A stretch of 64,000 nucleotides of DNA from Candidatus Eiseniibacteriota bacterium. Lineage in GTDB: Bacteria > Eisenbacteria > RBG-16-71-46 > SZUA-252. The DNA is taken from NCBI GenBank assembly GCA_963703225.1, contig OY969801.1:2560001-2624000 (forward strand), read 5' to 3'. Every line of letters starts with the position of its first letter. Positions within the stretch are counted from its first letter, which is position 1. The notes beneath the pieces are model-generated. The model saw nothing but the letters and a program-made list of their open reading frames with translations. It was not told the origin of the DNA and ran no database searches. A program made the translations under genes and the position numbers. Positions 1 through 10,750 of this stretch are shown one piece after another.

Positions 1-768
1 CTCCTCGCGCGATGGCTGGGCAAGGTGGAGCTGGATCTGATCCACGACGGTGAGATGAGCCTGGAAACCTGGAACGGGGAGGTCGCCCGGGGTCACGTCG
101 TCTCGGTCACGCCGCCGATCAAGCTGGAGCTCGCCTGGCGCACCTCCGCGCTCGCCCAGGAGAGCCACGTCATATTCCGACTCGAGGGCGACGGCCCGGG
201 CTCACGCTTCACGGTGACCCACGACGGCTTGAGGAGTGAGCTGGAGAGGCGGGCGGCGCGCCAGATGTGGAAAGAGGCCCTCACGGCGCTTCGCGCGGCG
301 CTCCACGATGGAGTCGACGCCCACGAATGGGGCTCCGGGATCGCGGTCGCGGCGCGCGTGCACGTCCCCCGCTCGGCCTTAGATCTCTGGCCCTTGATCT
401 CGACCGGGGCCGGGATCGAATCGTGGGTGGCGCACGTGGAGCGATTCGACGCCGAGCCCGGCGGCAGCTTCCGGCTCACGTCCAAGTTTCAGGGCCGGGA
501 GGTGGTCGAAGAGGGGCGGATCGAGGAGATCACCCCCGAATCTCGCGTCGCGCTCTCGTGGGAGTGGACCGGCGAGGAGTGGGGATCGGCGACCCGGGTC
601 GAGTTCTCCATTGAGGCCGAGAACGCGGGCTCGTCGGTGCTCATCGTCCACTCGGGATTCGATCGGATCGCTCCCGAGCGGCGCCTCGCGGCCCGGAGGA
701 ACTACGCGAGTGCGTGGCCGGAAGTTCTCGCGGACCTGAAGCGCCTGGTCACGCCGGTCGCGGCGTAG
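1..768 (+). CDS. Tandem SRPBCC/AHSA1 (START-like) domain protein, 5'-partial
   Basis: The frame is open from base 1. Two copies of the AHSA1 pattern are present (G.V..V.PP..L...W...S.V.F.L..G.G...T.TH.G; second copy EEITPESRVALSWEW...TRVEFSIE...LIVHSGF...W). Confidence 0.8.
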   Translation, partial: LLARWLGKVELDLIHDGEMSLETWNGEVARGHVVSVTPPIKLELAWRTSALAQESHVIFRLEGDGPGSRFTVTHDGLRSELERRAARQMWKEALTALRAALHDGVDAHEWGSGIAVAARVHVPRSALDLWPLISTGAGIESWVAHVERFDAEPGGSFRLTSKFQGREVVEEGRIEEITPESRVALSWEWTGEEWGSATRVEFSIEAENAGSSVLIVHSGFDRIAPERRLAARRNYASAWPEVLADLKRLVTPVAA

Positions 769-824
769 CAAGCTGCGCGCAGCGACCCACACCACAGACG
801 CCCCGCGCCGGCGGCGAACCCACG

Positions 825-1835
825 CTACACCCGCAGAACGATCTTCCCCACATTGCCCCGCGATTCCAGCAGGCGATGGGCCAAGCCGGCCTCGGCGAGC
901 GGCATCACGCGCCCGGGCGCCGGATGGATTTCCCCGGCGGCCGCCCATGCAACCAATGTCTCCAGCACGTGCCGGGCGAGGACGGTGTCCTCCATGAGCT
1001 TCTTCAGATTGACGCCGTAGAGACCGCGACTCGGCGCCAGAAGATCGAGGTAGGTGAAGCGCGGGGCGCGGAGGAAGAACGCGAGCGCGCCGAGGAGACC
1101 GCGGTTCGAGATCTGCCCGACCCCCATGCTGACCAGGCGGCCTCCCGGCTTCAGCGCGCGGAGCCCGTCCTGGATCGAGCGTCCGCCGATCGAGTCGAGG
1201 ACGATGTCGAAGGCCGGTCCGCCAAAGAGTCGCTTCGCCACCTTGTGCACCCTCATCCGCTTCACCGGGACGACGTGCTTGACCCCTTCGGCGATCAGCC
1301 GCCCCCGCTTGAAGTGAGTGCTCGCCGCCGCCACGATCTCGAGGCCGGCGCGCCGCGCCAGATCGACCGCCGCCATTCCGACGCCGCCGGCCGCGGCATG
1401 GATGAAGACGCGCATCCCGGGCTCGACGGGCCCGGTCCTATGCAAAGCGATGTAGGCGGTGCCGTAGTTGAGCGGCAGCAGCACGGCCGATTGATACGGG
1501 ATGGAGTCGGGGATCGGAAAGACCTGCGCCGCGGGCACCGCGACCTTCTCCGCGTACCCCCCGTCGCTATGAAAGGCGAGGACCCGCTGCCCGACGCGGA
1601 GCCCGGCCACGTTCTCGCCGACCTGGATGATCTCCCCCGCGGTCTCATGGCCGAGGATGTACGGCCGGTGGGGCGCTTCGGGATTCAGCCCCTGCCGCGC
1701 GAGGACGTCGGTGAAGTTGACGCCGGCGGTGCGGACCAGCACGAGGACATCGTGGGGCCCAACCTGGGGATCATCGCACTGCTCGAGCCTGAGGCTTTCG
1801 GGCGGACCTGACTTGCGTAGGTAGACCGCGCGCAT
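825..1835 (-). CDS. MDR-family NADPH:quinone oxidoreductase (VAT-1/Qor-like)
   Basis: Starts MRAVYL. Contains GVNFTDVLARQG, LGHETAG, the Rossmann motif IHAAAGGVG and C-terminal RGNVGKIVL. Confidence 0.85.
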   Translation of the reverse strand: MRAVYLRKSGPPESLRLEQCDDPQVGPHDVLVLVRTAGVNFTDVLARQGLNPEAPHRPYILGHETAGEIIQVGENVAGLRVGQRVLAFHSDGGYAEKVAVPAAQVFPIPDSIPYQSAVLLPLNYGTAYIALHRTGPVEPGMRVFIHAAAGGVGMAAVDLARRAGLEIVAAASTHFKRGRLIAEGVKHVVPVKRMRVHKVAKRLFGGPAFDIVLDSIGGRSIQDGLRALKPGGRLVSMGVGQISNRGLLGALAFFLRAPRFTYLDLLAPSRGLYGVNLKKLMEDTVLARHVLETLVAWAAAGEIHPAPGRVMPLAEAGLAHRLLESRGNVGKIVLRV

Positions 1836-1843
1836 CGAGCCCC

Positions 1844-2269
1844 TCACGCGGGAGCCTTTCCCGCGCCCGCCGCAATCGAACCCGATTGGATCCGGCGCGC
1901 CAGCTCTTCGACCCGCGCGCGGAGGAGATCGCGGATCCGACGCACTTCCGCCGCAGGCTTGCCGCTGGGATCCTCGATTCCCCAGTCCTCTACCTTTCGG
2001 CCGGGGTAGTCGCAGACGGCTGGATCGTCGCATCCCATCGAGATCACCAGGTCCGCGGCGGCCAGCGTCTCCGGGCTCACTTTCTTCGGAACCCGCCCCG
2101 CGAGATCGATGCCCACCTCACGCATCACCTCGACGACGGCGGGATGAACCGCGGCCGCGGGGCTCGATCCGCCCGAGAGCGCGACGTGCCCCTTGGCCAG
2201 GCGCTCGAAGAACGCTTGCGCCATCTGGCTTCGCCCGGCGTTCTGGCGGCAGAGGAAGAGGACGGTCAT
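1844..2269 (-). CDS. arsC: Arsenate reductase, LMW-PTPase/thioredoxin type
   Basis: P-loop CRQNAGRSQMA, downstream MGC...C and W.IEDP. Confidence 0.85.
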   Translation of the reverse strand: MTVLFLCRQNAGRSQMAQAFFERLAKGHVALSGGSSPAAAVHPAVVEVMREVGIDLAGRVPKKVSPETLAAADLVISMGCDDPAVCDYPGRKVEDWGIEDPSGKPAAEVRRIRDLLRARVEELARRIQSGSIAAGAGKAPA

Positions 2270-2276
2270 GGGATGA

Positions 2277-2981
2277 CTATACCCGATCGCGGAGCCGCCG
2301 GGCCGCGTCGAAGACTCCGCGCCACATCGCGGCGGTGAGCTTGCCTGTGCTGGTGTTCTGCTGGCTCGGGTGGTAGGAGGCGAGGAGCCAGCCGCCTTCG
2401 GGAAGCGCGAAGCGGGCGCCGTGCGAAAAGGCGGGCCGGCTTTCGAGCTCCGCACGTCCCAGCTCGCGCCGCGCCTTCAACACGGCGTCGAACCCGATCT
2501 TGCCGAGCGCCAAGAGAACCCGCGCGCCCGTCAACGCCTCGAGCTCGCGCGCCAGGTATTCACGGCAGCGGTCCAGCTCGGCTGGCTCGGGCCGATTGCC
2601 TGGAGGGGCGCACCGACCGGCCGCCGTGATGAAGACGCCGTCGAGCGTCAACCCATCGTCCGCGCGGAGCGAGTCGGGCCGGCTGGCGAGCCCCTGGCGG
2701 TGGAGCTCACCAAAGAGCCACTCCCCCGATCGGTCGCCGGTGAACATTCGCCCCGTTCGGTTGGATCCATGGGCGCCCGGGGCGAGTCCAATCAGGATCA
2801 GCCAGGCGGCGGGATCGCCAAAGCCGGGCACCGGTCTTCCCCAATAGACCTCGTCCTTGTAGGCTGCGCGCTTCACCCGCGCGACTTCGGCGCAATAGGT
2901 GCGGAGGCGAGGGCACCGCTCGCAGGCCACCACGTCCCGCGCGATCGCGAGCAGGCCTGCGGCGTGGCGGTCGGGGCGCAT
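2277..2981 (-). CDS. udgB: Uracil-DNA glycosylase family 5 (UdgB-like, Fe-S)
   Basis: CERCPRL, GLAPGAHGSNRTGRMFTGD and HPSQQN motifs. Confidence 0.85.
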   Translation of the reverse strand: MRPDRHAAGLLAIARDVVACERCPRLRTYCAEVARVKRAAYKDEVYWGRPVPGFGDPAAWLILIGLAPGAHGSNRTGRMFTGDRSGEWLFGELHRQGLASRPDSLRADDGLTLDGVFITAAGRCAPPGNRPEPAELDRCREYLARELEALTGARVLLALGKIGFDAVLKARRELGRAELESRPAFSHGARFALPEGGWLLASYHPSQQNTSTGKLTAAMWRGVFDAARRLRDRV

Positions 2982-3021
2982 ATCTGGGAATATAGCCGCT
3001 TCGATCCGCGAGGGAGGGGCC

Positions 3022-3498
3022 ATGGATCTCAAGGATTACTTCGAAGCGACCTGGGAGGCGAGGGGGCGACTTATGACCGCCGCCGCCACTCTGACACCCG
3101 AGGAATGGACTCGCGAATTCCCGTTCTCCTGGAAGTCGATTCGAAATCTCTTCGCCCACATCATCGAAGTGGAAGGCTCCTGGGTGGCGGAGAACATCGA
3201 GAAGGGCGAGTGGAAATTCCCGGGCGAGGCGGAAATCGCGCGCAATTACGCCACGCCCCAGATGGCCCGCGCCCGCGGTGAAGAGGTGGCCGAGCAGACC
3301 CGCCGCGTTCTCTCGGCGTATGTCCCGGCTCGGCTCCGCGAGCTGCGCCGCGGCACCGAGATCGACGGGACCGAGTCGACGTTCACCGTCGAGCAGATCC
3401 TGACCCACGTCTTCACCCACGAGCTGCGCCACCAGGGGCAGCTCCAGGCCATGCTCCGCCTCCTTGGAAAAGCCGCCCCGAACGCGGACTGGATCTAG
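3022..3498 (+). CDS. DinB/YfiT family protein
   Basis: SIRNLFAHI and HVFTHELRHQGQ His triad; GGAGG ribosome-binding site upstream. Confidence 0.85.
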   Translation: MDLKDYFEATWEARGRLMTAAATLTPEEWTREFPFSWKSIRNLFAHIIEVEGSWVAENIEKGEWKFPGEAEIARNYATPQMARARGEEVAEQTRRVLSAYVPARLRELRRGTEIDGTESTFTVEQILTHVFTHELRHQGQLQAMLRLLGKAAPNADWI

Positions 3499-3587
3499 GC
3501 GGAGCGCCGCGCACCCGGGATCTCCTTGATCGGCGCGCGGATCCGAGCGAAAATAGGACCCCGGTCCAGGAGGCCGGACGCCCACTC

Positions 3588-4409
3588 ATGCAGCCTCTCA
3601 TCCCACTTCTAACAACCGTACTCCCAGTGCTTTACGCGCTCAGCGTCGCGACCTACGCGCGCGCCTATGCAGATGAGGCGTCGACCGGCGGCCGCTGGGG
3701 TCCCGGGATACTCCGCGCGGCGCTTCTCGTCCACGTCCTCTACCTCTCGGCGCGCGGCGTGACGGAGGGACACCTTCCGCTCGCGTCGGTATACGATTTT
3801 CTCTCCGCGACCGCGCTGTCGCTCGCGGCGGTCTACGTCTATCTCGAGATGCGCCAGGGAATCCGCAGCACAGGCATTTTCGTCCTGCCGATCGTGTTCC
3901 TGATGCAGGTGATCTCTTCGGCGTACGGCGGCGGGGCGGTCACGCGCCAGCCGCCGCTCTTCCCGATCTGGTTCGAGATCCACACGCTGGCCGCGGTCCT
4001 CGGCTACGGGGCCTTCTTCGTCTCGGCGATCTACGGCGTGCTCTTCCTGCTCCTCTATCGGGAGATCAAGGGGAACCGCCTCTCGTTTTTTCTCCGGCGC
4101 ATGCCGCCGCTCGAGACTCTCGGGCGGATGAACGTGAGCGCCGCGAGCGCGGGGCTCGTCCTCCTGGCTTTGGCCATCTTCATGGGGATCGGATGGGCGC
4201 GCCTCGCGGGGGTCAATCTCCTGACCGATCCCAAGACGTGGCTCACGATCGGCGCCTGGCTCGTCCTTGGATTCGCCGTCCTCGCGTACCACCGCCTGGG
4301 TTGGCGAGGGCCGCGTGCGGTCTACGCCTCGCTCGCCGGATTCACCACGCTCCTCGCCTCACGCGTGGTGACCGACCTCTTCGTCCGGTCCTTCCACACC
4401 TTCCGGTGA
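3588..4409 (+). CDS. ccsA: Cytochrome c assembly CcsA/HemX-like membrane protein
   Basis: Multi-TM protein with HLPLAS, WFEIH, DPK.W and GWRGPRA motifs; first gene of the hem operon. Confidence 0.75.
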   Translation: MQPLIPLLTTVLPVLYALSVATYARAYADEASTGGRWGPGILRAALLVHVLYLSARGVTEGHLPLASVYDFLSATALSLAAVYVYLEMRQGIRSTGIFVLPIVFLMQVISSAYGGGAVTRQPPLFPIWFEIHTLAAVLGYGAFFVSAIYGVLFLLLYREIKGNRLSFFLRRMPPLETLGRMNVSAASAGLVLLALAIFMGIGWARLAGVNLLTDPKTWLTIGAWLVLGFAVLAYHRLGWRGPRAVYASLAGFTTLLASRVVTDLFVRSFHTFR

Positions 4410-4414
4410 CCCCC

Positions 4415-5731
4415 ATGGTCGAGACCGCGGTCCCGAGCCTCGAGCTCTTCTGCGTCGGGCTCAATCACGAAACGTCTCCGCTCGAGGTCCGGGACGCCCT
4501 CGTCCTGAACGAGGAGGAGGTGGAGCGGGCGATCCACGCGCTCCGAGAGCGGGCGGGGGCGAGCGAAGCGCTCGTCATCTCCACCTGTAACCGCACCGAG
4601 GTCTATGCGCGGGGCGCGGCGATCGAGAGCCCCCCGGCCTTCGTGGCCGATCTTCTCCGCGAGATCAAGGGGATGGACTACTCGGGCTCGATGGGGAGCT
4701 ATTTCTACACCTACCACGAGCCGGAGTCGGTGCGGCATCTCTTCCGCGTCGCCTGCGGGCTCGACTCTCAGGTTCTGGGCGAGCCGCAGATCACCGGCCA
4801 GGTGAAGGACGCGCTCTCGCTCGCGGCCAAAGTCGGCGGCTCGGGGCCGGTGCTGGAGCGGCTCCTGGACGCCGCGCTCCGCTCGGCCAAACGGGCGCGC
4901 ACCGAAACGGGGATCGGACGCGGCCCGATCTCGAGCGCCTACGCGGCGGTGGGACTGGCCGGCAAGGTCCTCGGCGCCCTCGCCGACAAGCGGGTTCTCG
5001 TGATCGGCGCGGGCGAGGTGGCGACCCTCGCGGCGCGCCACTTTCAAGAGGCGGGCGTCACGCAATACGTGGTGGCGAACCGCGGCAGAGAGAGAGGCGA
5101 AACCCTGGCCGGGCCCATCGCTGCGCGGCTCGTCTCGCTCGAGGCGATCCCGGTGGTGCTCCCCGGGGCCGACATCGTCATCGGCGCGACCTCCTCGCCC
5201 CTGGCGATCGTGCACGAGCCGATCGTTCGAAACGCGATGAAGATCCGGAAGAACCGCCCCCTTCTCTTTCTCGATCTCGCCGTCCCGCGCGACATCGACC
5301 CTCTCGTTGCGAAGCTTCCCAATGTTTTCCTCCACGACCTCGACGCGCTCGGCGCCCTGGTGGCCCAGAGCCTTGCGCACCGCCGGGCGGAGATCCCCAA
5401 GGTGGAAGCGATCGTGGAGGAGGAGCTGGCTCGCTTCCTGCGCTGGCACCGGTCGCTCGCGGTGAAGCCGACGCTGACGAGCTTCAGGACCCACTTCGAA
5501 AACGTCGCCCGCGAGGAGCTGGCGCGGCATCGGAGCCGCTTTCGCCCCGAGGATCAGGCCGCGCTCGACGCGCTCGTCCACGGAATCGTGCAAAAGCTTC
5601 TCCACCGGCCGACCACCCGGCTGACGCGATCGGACGAGGACGGGGCAAGGGGAATCGCCCGAATCGACGCGATCCAGGATCTCTTCGGAATCGACGCCCA
5701 GGAGGACGATGCGGATCGGGACCCGCGGTAG
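4415..5731 (+). CDS. hemA: Glutamyl-tRNA reductase (alternative GTG start at 4406)
   Basis: GLNHETSP, STCNRTE, GLDSQVLGEPQI, IGAGE and DLAVPRD motifs. Confidence 0.95.
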   Translation: MVETAVPSLELFCVGLNHETSPLEVRDALVLNEEEVERAIHALRERAGASEALVISTCNRTEVYARGAAIESPPAFVADLLREIKGMDYSGSMGSYFYTYHEPESVRHLFRVACGLDSQVLGEPQITGQVKDALSLAAKVGGSGPVLERLLDAALRSAKRARTETGIGRGPISSAYAAVGLAGKVLGALADKRVLVIGAGEVATLAARHFQEAGVTQYVVANRGRERGETLAGPIAARLVSLEAIPVVLPGADIVIGATSSPLAIVHEPIVRNAMKIRKNRPLLFLDLAVPRDIDPLVAKLPNVFLHDLDALGALVAQSLAHRRAEIPKVEAIVEEELARFLRWHRSLAVKPTLTSFRTHFENVAREELARHRSRFRPEDQAALDALVHGIVQKLLHRPTTRLTRSDEDGARGIARIDAIQDLFGIDAQEDDADRDPR

Positions 5732-6629
5732 CACGCTCGCCCTCGCCCAGAGCGGTCTCGTCCGTCGGCTCCTACCGGGAGGGGAGCGCGCGCACGAGAT
5801 TCGGGTCATCGAAACCTCGGGAGACCGAAACCCGCAGGCGTCGCTTCGGCGAATCGGCGGGAAGGGGGTCTTCACGAAAGAGATCGAGCAGGAGCTGCTC
5901 GACGGTCGGATCGACGTCGCCGTTCACTCTCTTAAAGACCTCCCCACGGAGGAGACGCCCGGGCTCATGCTGGGGGCGCTCCTCCGCCGCGAGGATCCGC
6001 GCGACGCGCTGGTGACCCGAGGGCGAGTCCCGCTGGCCCAGCTCCCTCCCGGCTCGAAGGTGGGTACGTCGTCGCTCCGGCGTCAATCGCAGCTTCTGGC
6101 CCGCCGCCCCGACCTCGTGGTCCAGGATCTGCGTGGAAACGTGCCGACGCGGATCGCGCGCGTGAGGGAAGGCCCACTCGACGCGATCGTCCTGGCCGCG
6201 GCCGGCCTCCGAAGGCTGGGATTGATCGAGGAGGCGGCCGAGCTCCTCGATGAAGAGATCATGCTTCCGGCGCCGGGGCAGGGCATCCTCGCGCTCCAGA
6301 TCCGGGCCGGCGACGCGAAAACCGCGGAGTCCCTGCGCGCGTTCGACGATCCTGACGCGCGCGCCGAGGCGGACGCGGAGCGATCCCTCCTCTCCGGCCT
6401 GGGCGGAGGCTGCCTCGTGCCCGTGGGAGCGCGAGGGCGCGCCCAGGTTGGGCGAATCGTGCTCACCGGCTTCGTCGGCCACCCCAGCGGACGGCCATCG
6501 CTCCGTATGAGCGTCGAGGGACCGCGGAGCGAGGCCCTGGAGCTGGGCCGGAGACTGGCGGCGAGCCTTCATCAGGGCGGCGCGAAGGAGATTCTGGCGG
6601 AAGTGCGGAGCGACGAGATCTTCCCGTGA
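5709..6629 (+). CDS. hemC: Porphobilinogen deaminase
   Basis: [37 protein letters not shown] and GGGC motifs. Confidence 0.95.
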   Translation: MRIGTRGSTLALAQSGLVRRLLPGGERAHEIRVIETSGDRNPQASLRRIGGKGVFTKEIEQELLDGRIDVAVHSLKDLPTEETPGLMLGALLRREDPRDALVTRGRVPLAQLPPGSKVGTSSLRRQSQLLARRPDLVVQDLRGNVPTRIARVREGPLDAIVLAAAGLRRLGLIEEAAELLDEEIMLPAPGQGILALQIRAGDAKTAESLRAFDDPDARAEADAERSLLSGLGGGCLVPVGARGRAQVGRIVLTGFVGHPSGRPSLRMSVEGPRSEALELGRRLAASLHQGGAKEILAEVRSDEIFP

Positions 6630-7402
6630 GCCCGCTCTTCGTGATCGCGCGGAAAGATCCGAAGGACGACGAGATCGCGCGCGCGGCGGAGCGGGCCGGC
6701 GTGACCCTCTTGCGCCTGCCGCTCCTCCAGACCGAGCCTGGTTCCGACGGCGACCGGTTTCTTCAATGGCTGGGCAAGCCCCCGGCGGGCGCGGCGATCG
6801 CCTGGACCAGCAAGCGCGCCGCGGAGGTCTTGTCGACGATCGCCTTACCGGGGGCGCGCGAGACACTGACGAAACTTCCTCTCTTCGCGCTGGGATCGGA
6901 CAGCGCCGCACCGATCCGCGACGCGGGGCTCGCCGTGGAAGTTCCCCGCGAAGGAGAGGGGGCGGCGGTCTTGGCGGAGTGGATCCTCCGCCATCGGGCA
7001 GAGCGCGGGATTGTTCGCGTGGCCTTCCTCCACGGCGACAAGGCCCTCCCCGCGCTCCCGGATTCGCTCCGCGAGGCGGGAGTCGAGGTGGAGTCATTCG
7101 AGATCTATCGCACGAGCTATTTGTCACCCCCCGTGACCGCGCTCACGGACGCCCTCCAAGCCGGGTCGGCGGTCGAAATCGCGTTCTTCAGCCCGTCGGC
7201 GGTGGACGCGCTGGAGCGGCTTCTTTCGCCCGAGGGCGTGGCGGCGCTCCGCCGGGATGGGGTGGCGCACTCGCGCGGGGAGACGACCCACAATGCGTTG
7301 ACAGCCCGAGGATATCGGCGGGCGAAAGCCCCGAGCTTGGAGTGCGAGACGATGTCCAGCGCCTGGCTCGGAGGCGTAAACTCATGGAAGAGGAAATCCT
7401 GA
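6626..7402 (+). CDS. hemD: Uroporphyrinogen-III synthase
   Basis: Lies between hemC and hem[13 protein letters not shown] and FFSPSAV motifs. Confidence 0.8.
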   Translation: MSPLFVIARKDPKDDEIARAAERAGVTLLRLPLLQTEPGSDGDRFLQWLGKPPAGAAIAWTSKRAAEVLSTIALPGARETLTKLPLFALGSDSAAPIRDAGLAVEVPREGEGAAVLAEWILRHRAERGIVRVAFLHGDKALPALPDSLREAGVEVESFEIYRTSYLSPPVTALTDALQAGSAVEIAFFSPSAVDALERLLSPEGVAALRRDGVAHSRGETTHNALTARGYRRAKAPSLECETMSSAWLGGVNSWKRKS

Positions 7403-8385
7403 TGCCCTACCCCACCACACGGCTGAGACGCCTCCGCGCCACGCCAGCGCTCCGTGCGATCGCGCGGGAGACCCAATTGACCGCCGCCGATCTCGTGGCG
7501 CCGCTCTTCGTCTGTCACGGCCAGAAGGTGCGCCGTTCGATCGCGTCCATGCCGGGACACGCGCAGCTCTCCGTGGACGAGGCGGCGCGGGAAGCCGAGG
7601 CGCTGGCCAAGGCGGGCGTGGGCGGGGTGATCCTGTTCGGGATCCCGGCCGCCAAGGATCCGGAAGGCCGCGAAGCCTATGACGAGAAAGGGATCGTGCC
7701 CCGGGCGCTGGCGGCGATCCGAAGCGCGGCCCCCGATCTTCACCTCTGGGCCGACGTCTGTCTCTGCGAATACACCGACCACGGCCATTGTGGGGTCTTG
7801 AAGGGCGAGAAGGTCGACAACGACCGCACGCTTCCGCTTCTCGCCCGCGCGTCGGTCGTCTACGCCGCCGCGGGCGCCGACTTGATCGCGCCGAGCGACA
7901 TGATGGACGGGCGCGTCGGCGCGATCCGAACCGCTCTCGACGCGGCGCACTACCAGGAGACGCCGATCGTCGCCTACTCGGCGAAGTACGCGAGCGCCTT
8001 CTACGGTCCGTTCCGCGAGGCCGCCGAGTCGGCGCCCCGCTTCGGGGACCGCCGCGGCTATCAGATGGACCCGGCCAATTCGGACGAGGCGCTCCGCGAG
8101 GTCGCGCTCGATCTCGAGGAGGGCGCGGACATGGTGATGGTGAAGCCGGCCCTCCCCTATCTCGACGTGATCTACCGGGTGAAGGAGCGCTTCGGCGTCC
8201 CGGTCGCCGCCTACAATGTCTCGGGCGAATACGCGATGATCAAGGCCGCGGCGCAAAACGGCTGGCTCGACGGCGACCGCGCCGCGATGGAAGCCCTGAC
8301 CTCGATCCGGCGCGCCGGCGCCGACGTGATCCTCACCTACTTCGCCAAGGAGATCGCCCCGCTCCTGGGCAAAGATCGCGGATGA
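7402..8385 (+). CDS. hemB: Porphobilinogen synthase
   Basis: RLRRLR, zinc site [23 protein letters not shown] and MVKPA; TGATG overlap with hemD. Confidence 0.97.
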   Translation: MPYPTTRLRRLRATPALRAIARETQLTAADLVAPLFVCHGQKVRRSIASMPGHAQLSVDEAAREAEALAKAGVGGVILFGIPAAKDPEGREAYDEKGIVPRALAAIRSAAPDLHLWADVCLCEYTDHGHCGVLKGEKVDNDRTLPLLARASVVYAAAGADLIAPSDMMDGRVGAIRTALDAAHYQETPIVAYSAKYASAFYGPFREAAESAPRFGDRRGYQMDPANSDEALREVALDLEEGADMVMVKPALPYLDVIYRVKERFGVPVAAYNVSGEYAMIKAAAQNGWLDGDRAAMEALTSIRRAGADVILTYFAKEIAPLLGKDRG

Positions 8386-9692
8386 GCGAGACCAAGACCC
8401 TTCCCAAGACCGTAGAGAGCGACGCGCTCCACCGTCGCGCGCTGGGGCTCTTCCCAGGAGGCGTGAACTCTCCCGTGCGCGCCTTCAAGGCGGTCGGCGG
8501 CACGCCCCGGACGATCGTCTCGGCGAAGGGCGCCGTCATGACCGACGCCGACGGCAACACGCTCCTCGACTACGTGCTGGGGTGGGGGCCGCTCCTCCTG
8601 GGACACGCGCGCGCGGAGGTCGTGGCCGCGGTGGAGCGCCAGGCCCGCCTGGGCACGCTCTACGGAGCGGGGACGCGGCTCGAGATCGAGCTGGCCGAGC
8701 GCGTGCGGCGATTCTACCCGGCGGCGGAGCGGATCCGATTCGTCTCCACCGGAACCGAGGCCACGATGAGCGCGCTCCGTCTGGCGCGCGCCGCGACGAA
8801 TCGGAGCCTCTACGTCAAGCTGGACGGCTGCTACCACGGGCACGCCGATCCGTTCCTGATTCGCGGCGGCTCCGGTCTCGCGACGCTGGGAACGCCCGAC
8901 TCCCCGGGCGTTCCCGCATCCGCGATCGCCGACGCGCGCGTCGCGTCGTTCAACGACCTCGCTTCGGTCCGGGCCCACTTCGAGCGCGACGGAGACCGGA
9001 TCGCCGCGATCATCGTGGAGCCGGTCGTGGGAAATCACGGCGTCGTGGCGCCGGCGGCCGATTTTCTGCCGGGGCTCCGGGACCTCTGCGATCGATACGG
9101 CGCGCTCCTGATCTTCGACGAGGTGATGTCGGGCTTCCGCGCCGCGCGAGGCGGCGCCGCGGAGCGCTACGGCGTGCGGCCCGACCTCGCGACGCTGGGA
9201 AAGGTGATCGGAGGCGGTCTTCCGGTCGCTGCGTTTGTCGGGCGCGCGGACCTCATGAGCCGGATCGCACCGGAGGGCCCCGTCTACCAGGCGGGCACCT
9301 ATTCGGGGAACCCGCTCGCGATGGCGGCCGGAAGCGCGGCGCTTGCCGTCCTCGAAGCCGATCCCACGATCTTCCGACGCGCCGAGGCGCGAACCACGCT
9401 CCTCGCGGCGGGGCTCGGCGAGATCCTCGCGCGCCGGAAGATCCGAGGAACGGTCAACTCCGTCGGCTCCATGTGGACGATCTACTTCGGCGTCTCGAGC
9501 GTCTCCTCGATCGCCGACACGCGGTCGGCCGACCGCGACCGCTACGCCCGCTTCTTCCACGGCATGCTCGAGCGCGGCATCTACCTGCCGCCATCGGCGT
9601 TCGAGAGCGCGTTTCTGTCCGACGCCCACACCGACGAGGACATCGACCGGACGCTGGAAGCCGCCGACGCGGCGATGGAGCGGATCCAATGA
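8382..9692 (+). CDS. hemL: Glutamate-1-semialdehyde 2,1-aminomutase
   Basis: [31 protein letters not shown] and AGTYSGNP motifs. Confidence 0.97.
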   Translation: MSETKTLPKTVESDALHRRALGLFPGGVNSPVRAFKAVGGTPRTIVSAKGAVMTDADGNTLLDYVLGWGPLLLGHARAEVVAAVERQARLGTLYGAGTRLEIELAERVRRFYPAAERIRFVSTGTEATMSALRLARAATNRSLYVKLDGCYHGHADPFLIRGGSGLATLGTPDSPGVPASAIADARVASFNDLASVRAHFERDGDRIAAIIVEPVVGNHGVVAPAADFLPGLRDLCDRYGALLIFDEVMSGFRAARGGAAERYGVRPDLATLGKVIGGGLPVAAFVGRADLMSRIAPEGPVYQAGTYSGNPLAMAAGSAALAVLEADPTIFRRAEARTTLLAAGLGEILARRKIRGTVNSVGSMWTIYFGVSSVSSIADTRSADRDRYARFFHGMLERGIYLPPSAFESAFLSDAHTDEDIDRTLEAADAAMERIQ

Positions 9693-10750
9693 TGCCGGGT
9701 CGGTCGATCGCCGCCGCGTTCCCCTTTCTCCGCGCTTGCCGCGGAGAGCCGGTCGTCGACACGCCCATCTGGATCATGCGCCAGGCGGGTCGCTACCTCC
9801 CCGAATACCGGGCCGTCCGCGAGAAGCACTCCTTTCTCGACGTCTGTCGGATTCCCGAGGTCTGCGCCGAGGTGACGTCGCAGCCGATCGACCGATTCGG
9901 ATTCGACGCGGCGATTCTCTTCCAGGACATCCTCATTCCGCTGATGGGCATGGGGGTTCCGATCGACTTCGATCCGGGACCCAGCCTCGGTTTCCAGATC
10001 CAGGGAAAAGAGGACGTGGGACGGCTGAAGTGGGAGGGGGCGGCCGCGGCCGTCCCCCATATCCAACCGGTCATTCGCGCCGCCCGGGCGCGCCTCCAGG
10101 GGCGCGTCCCGCTGATCGGGTTTGCCGGGGCGCCGTTCACCCTGGCCGCCTATCTCATCGACAGCGGCGGCTCGCGCGATCTCGCGCGGACGCGCGGATT
10201 CCTCGCGCGCGACCCGGAGGGGTTCGCGGGTCTGATGGAGATCCTCGCCACGATGACGATCGATTACCTCCGCGCCCAGATCGGCGCGGGCGTCGACGCG
10301 GTGATGCTCTTTGACACGCAGGCCGGCTGGCTCCCGCCGGCCGAGTTCGCCCGAACGGCCGTCGCCGCGGCCGACCGCGTCATCCGAGGGCTTCCCAAAG
10401 ATTCAACCACGATCTACTTCGCGCTCGCCCCTTCGGTGGGGCACCTGGAAGCGCTCCGTCCGCTCGGCGCCGACGTGCTCGGGCTCGACTACCGGGTCTC
10501 CTTGGCGCAGGCGCGGGCGATCCTCGGAAACGCCCGCGCGGTCCAGGGGAATCTCGATCCGGCCGCGCTCGTCGGATCGGGCGCAGGCGTCGTGACCCAA
10601 GCCGAGGCGATCCTCCGCGAGAACGGCGGTCGGCGGGGCTTCATCTTCAACCTGGGGCACGGCATCCTTCCCGACACGCCGGTCGAGAACGTCCAGCTCC
10701 TGGTCGACACCGTGCGGCGGTACCGGGCGCCCTCGGGAGGTGCTTTGTGA
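9689..10750 (+). CDS. hemE: Uroporphyrinogen decarboxylase
   Basis: PIWIMRQAGRYLPEY, GFAGAPFTLA.Y, QGNLDP and FNLGHGI motifs. Confidence 0.97.
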   Translation: MMPGRSIAAAFPFLRACRGEPVVDTPIWIMRQAGRYLPEYRAVREKHSFLDVCRIPEVCAEVTSQPIDRFGFDAAILFQDILIPLMGMGVPIDFDPGPSLGFQIQGKEDVGRLKWEGAAAAVPHIQPVIRAARARLQGRVPLIGFAGAPFTLAAYLIDSGGSRDLARTRGFLARDPEGFAGLMEILATMTIDYLRAQIGAGVDAVMLFDTQAGWLPPAEFARTAVAAADRVIRGLPKDSTTIYFALAPSVGHLEALRPLGADVLGLDYRVSLAQARAILGNARAVQGNLDPAALVGSGAGVVTQAEAILRENGGRRGFIFNLGHGILPDTPVENVQLLVDTVRRYRAPSGGAL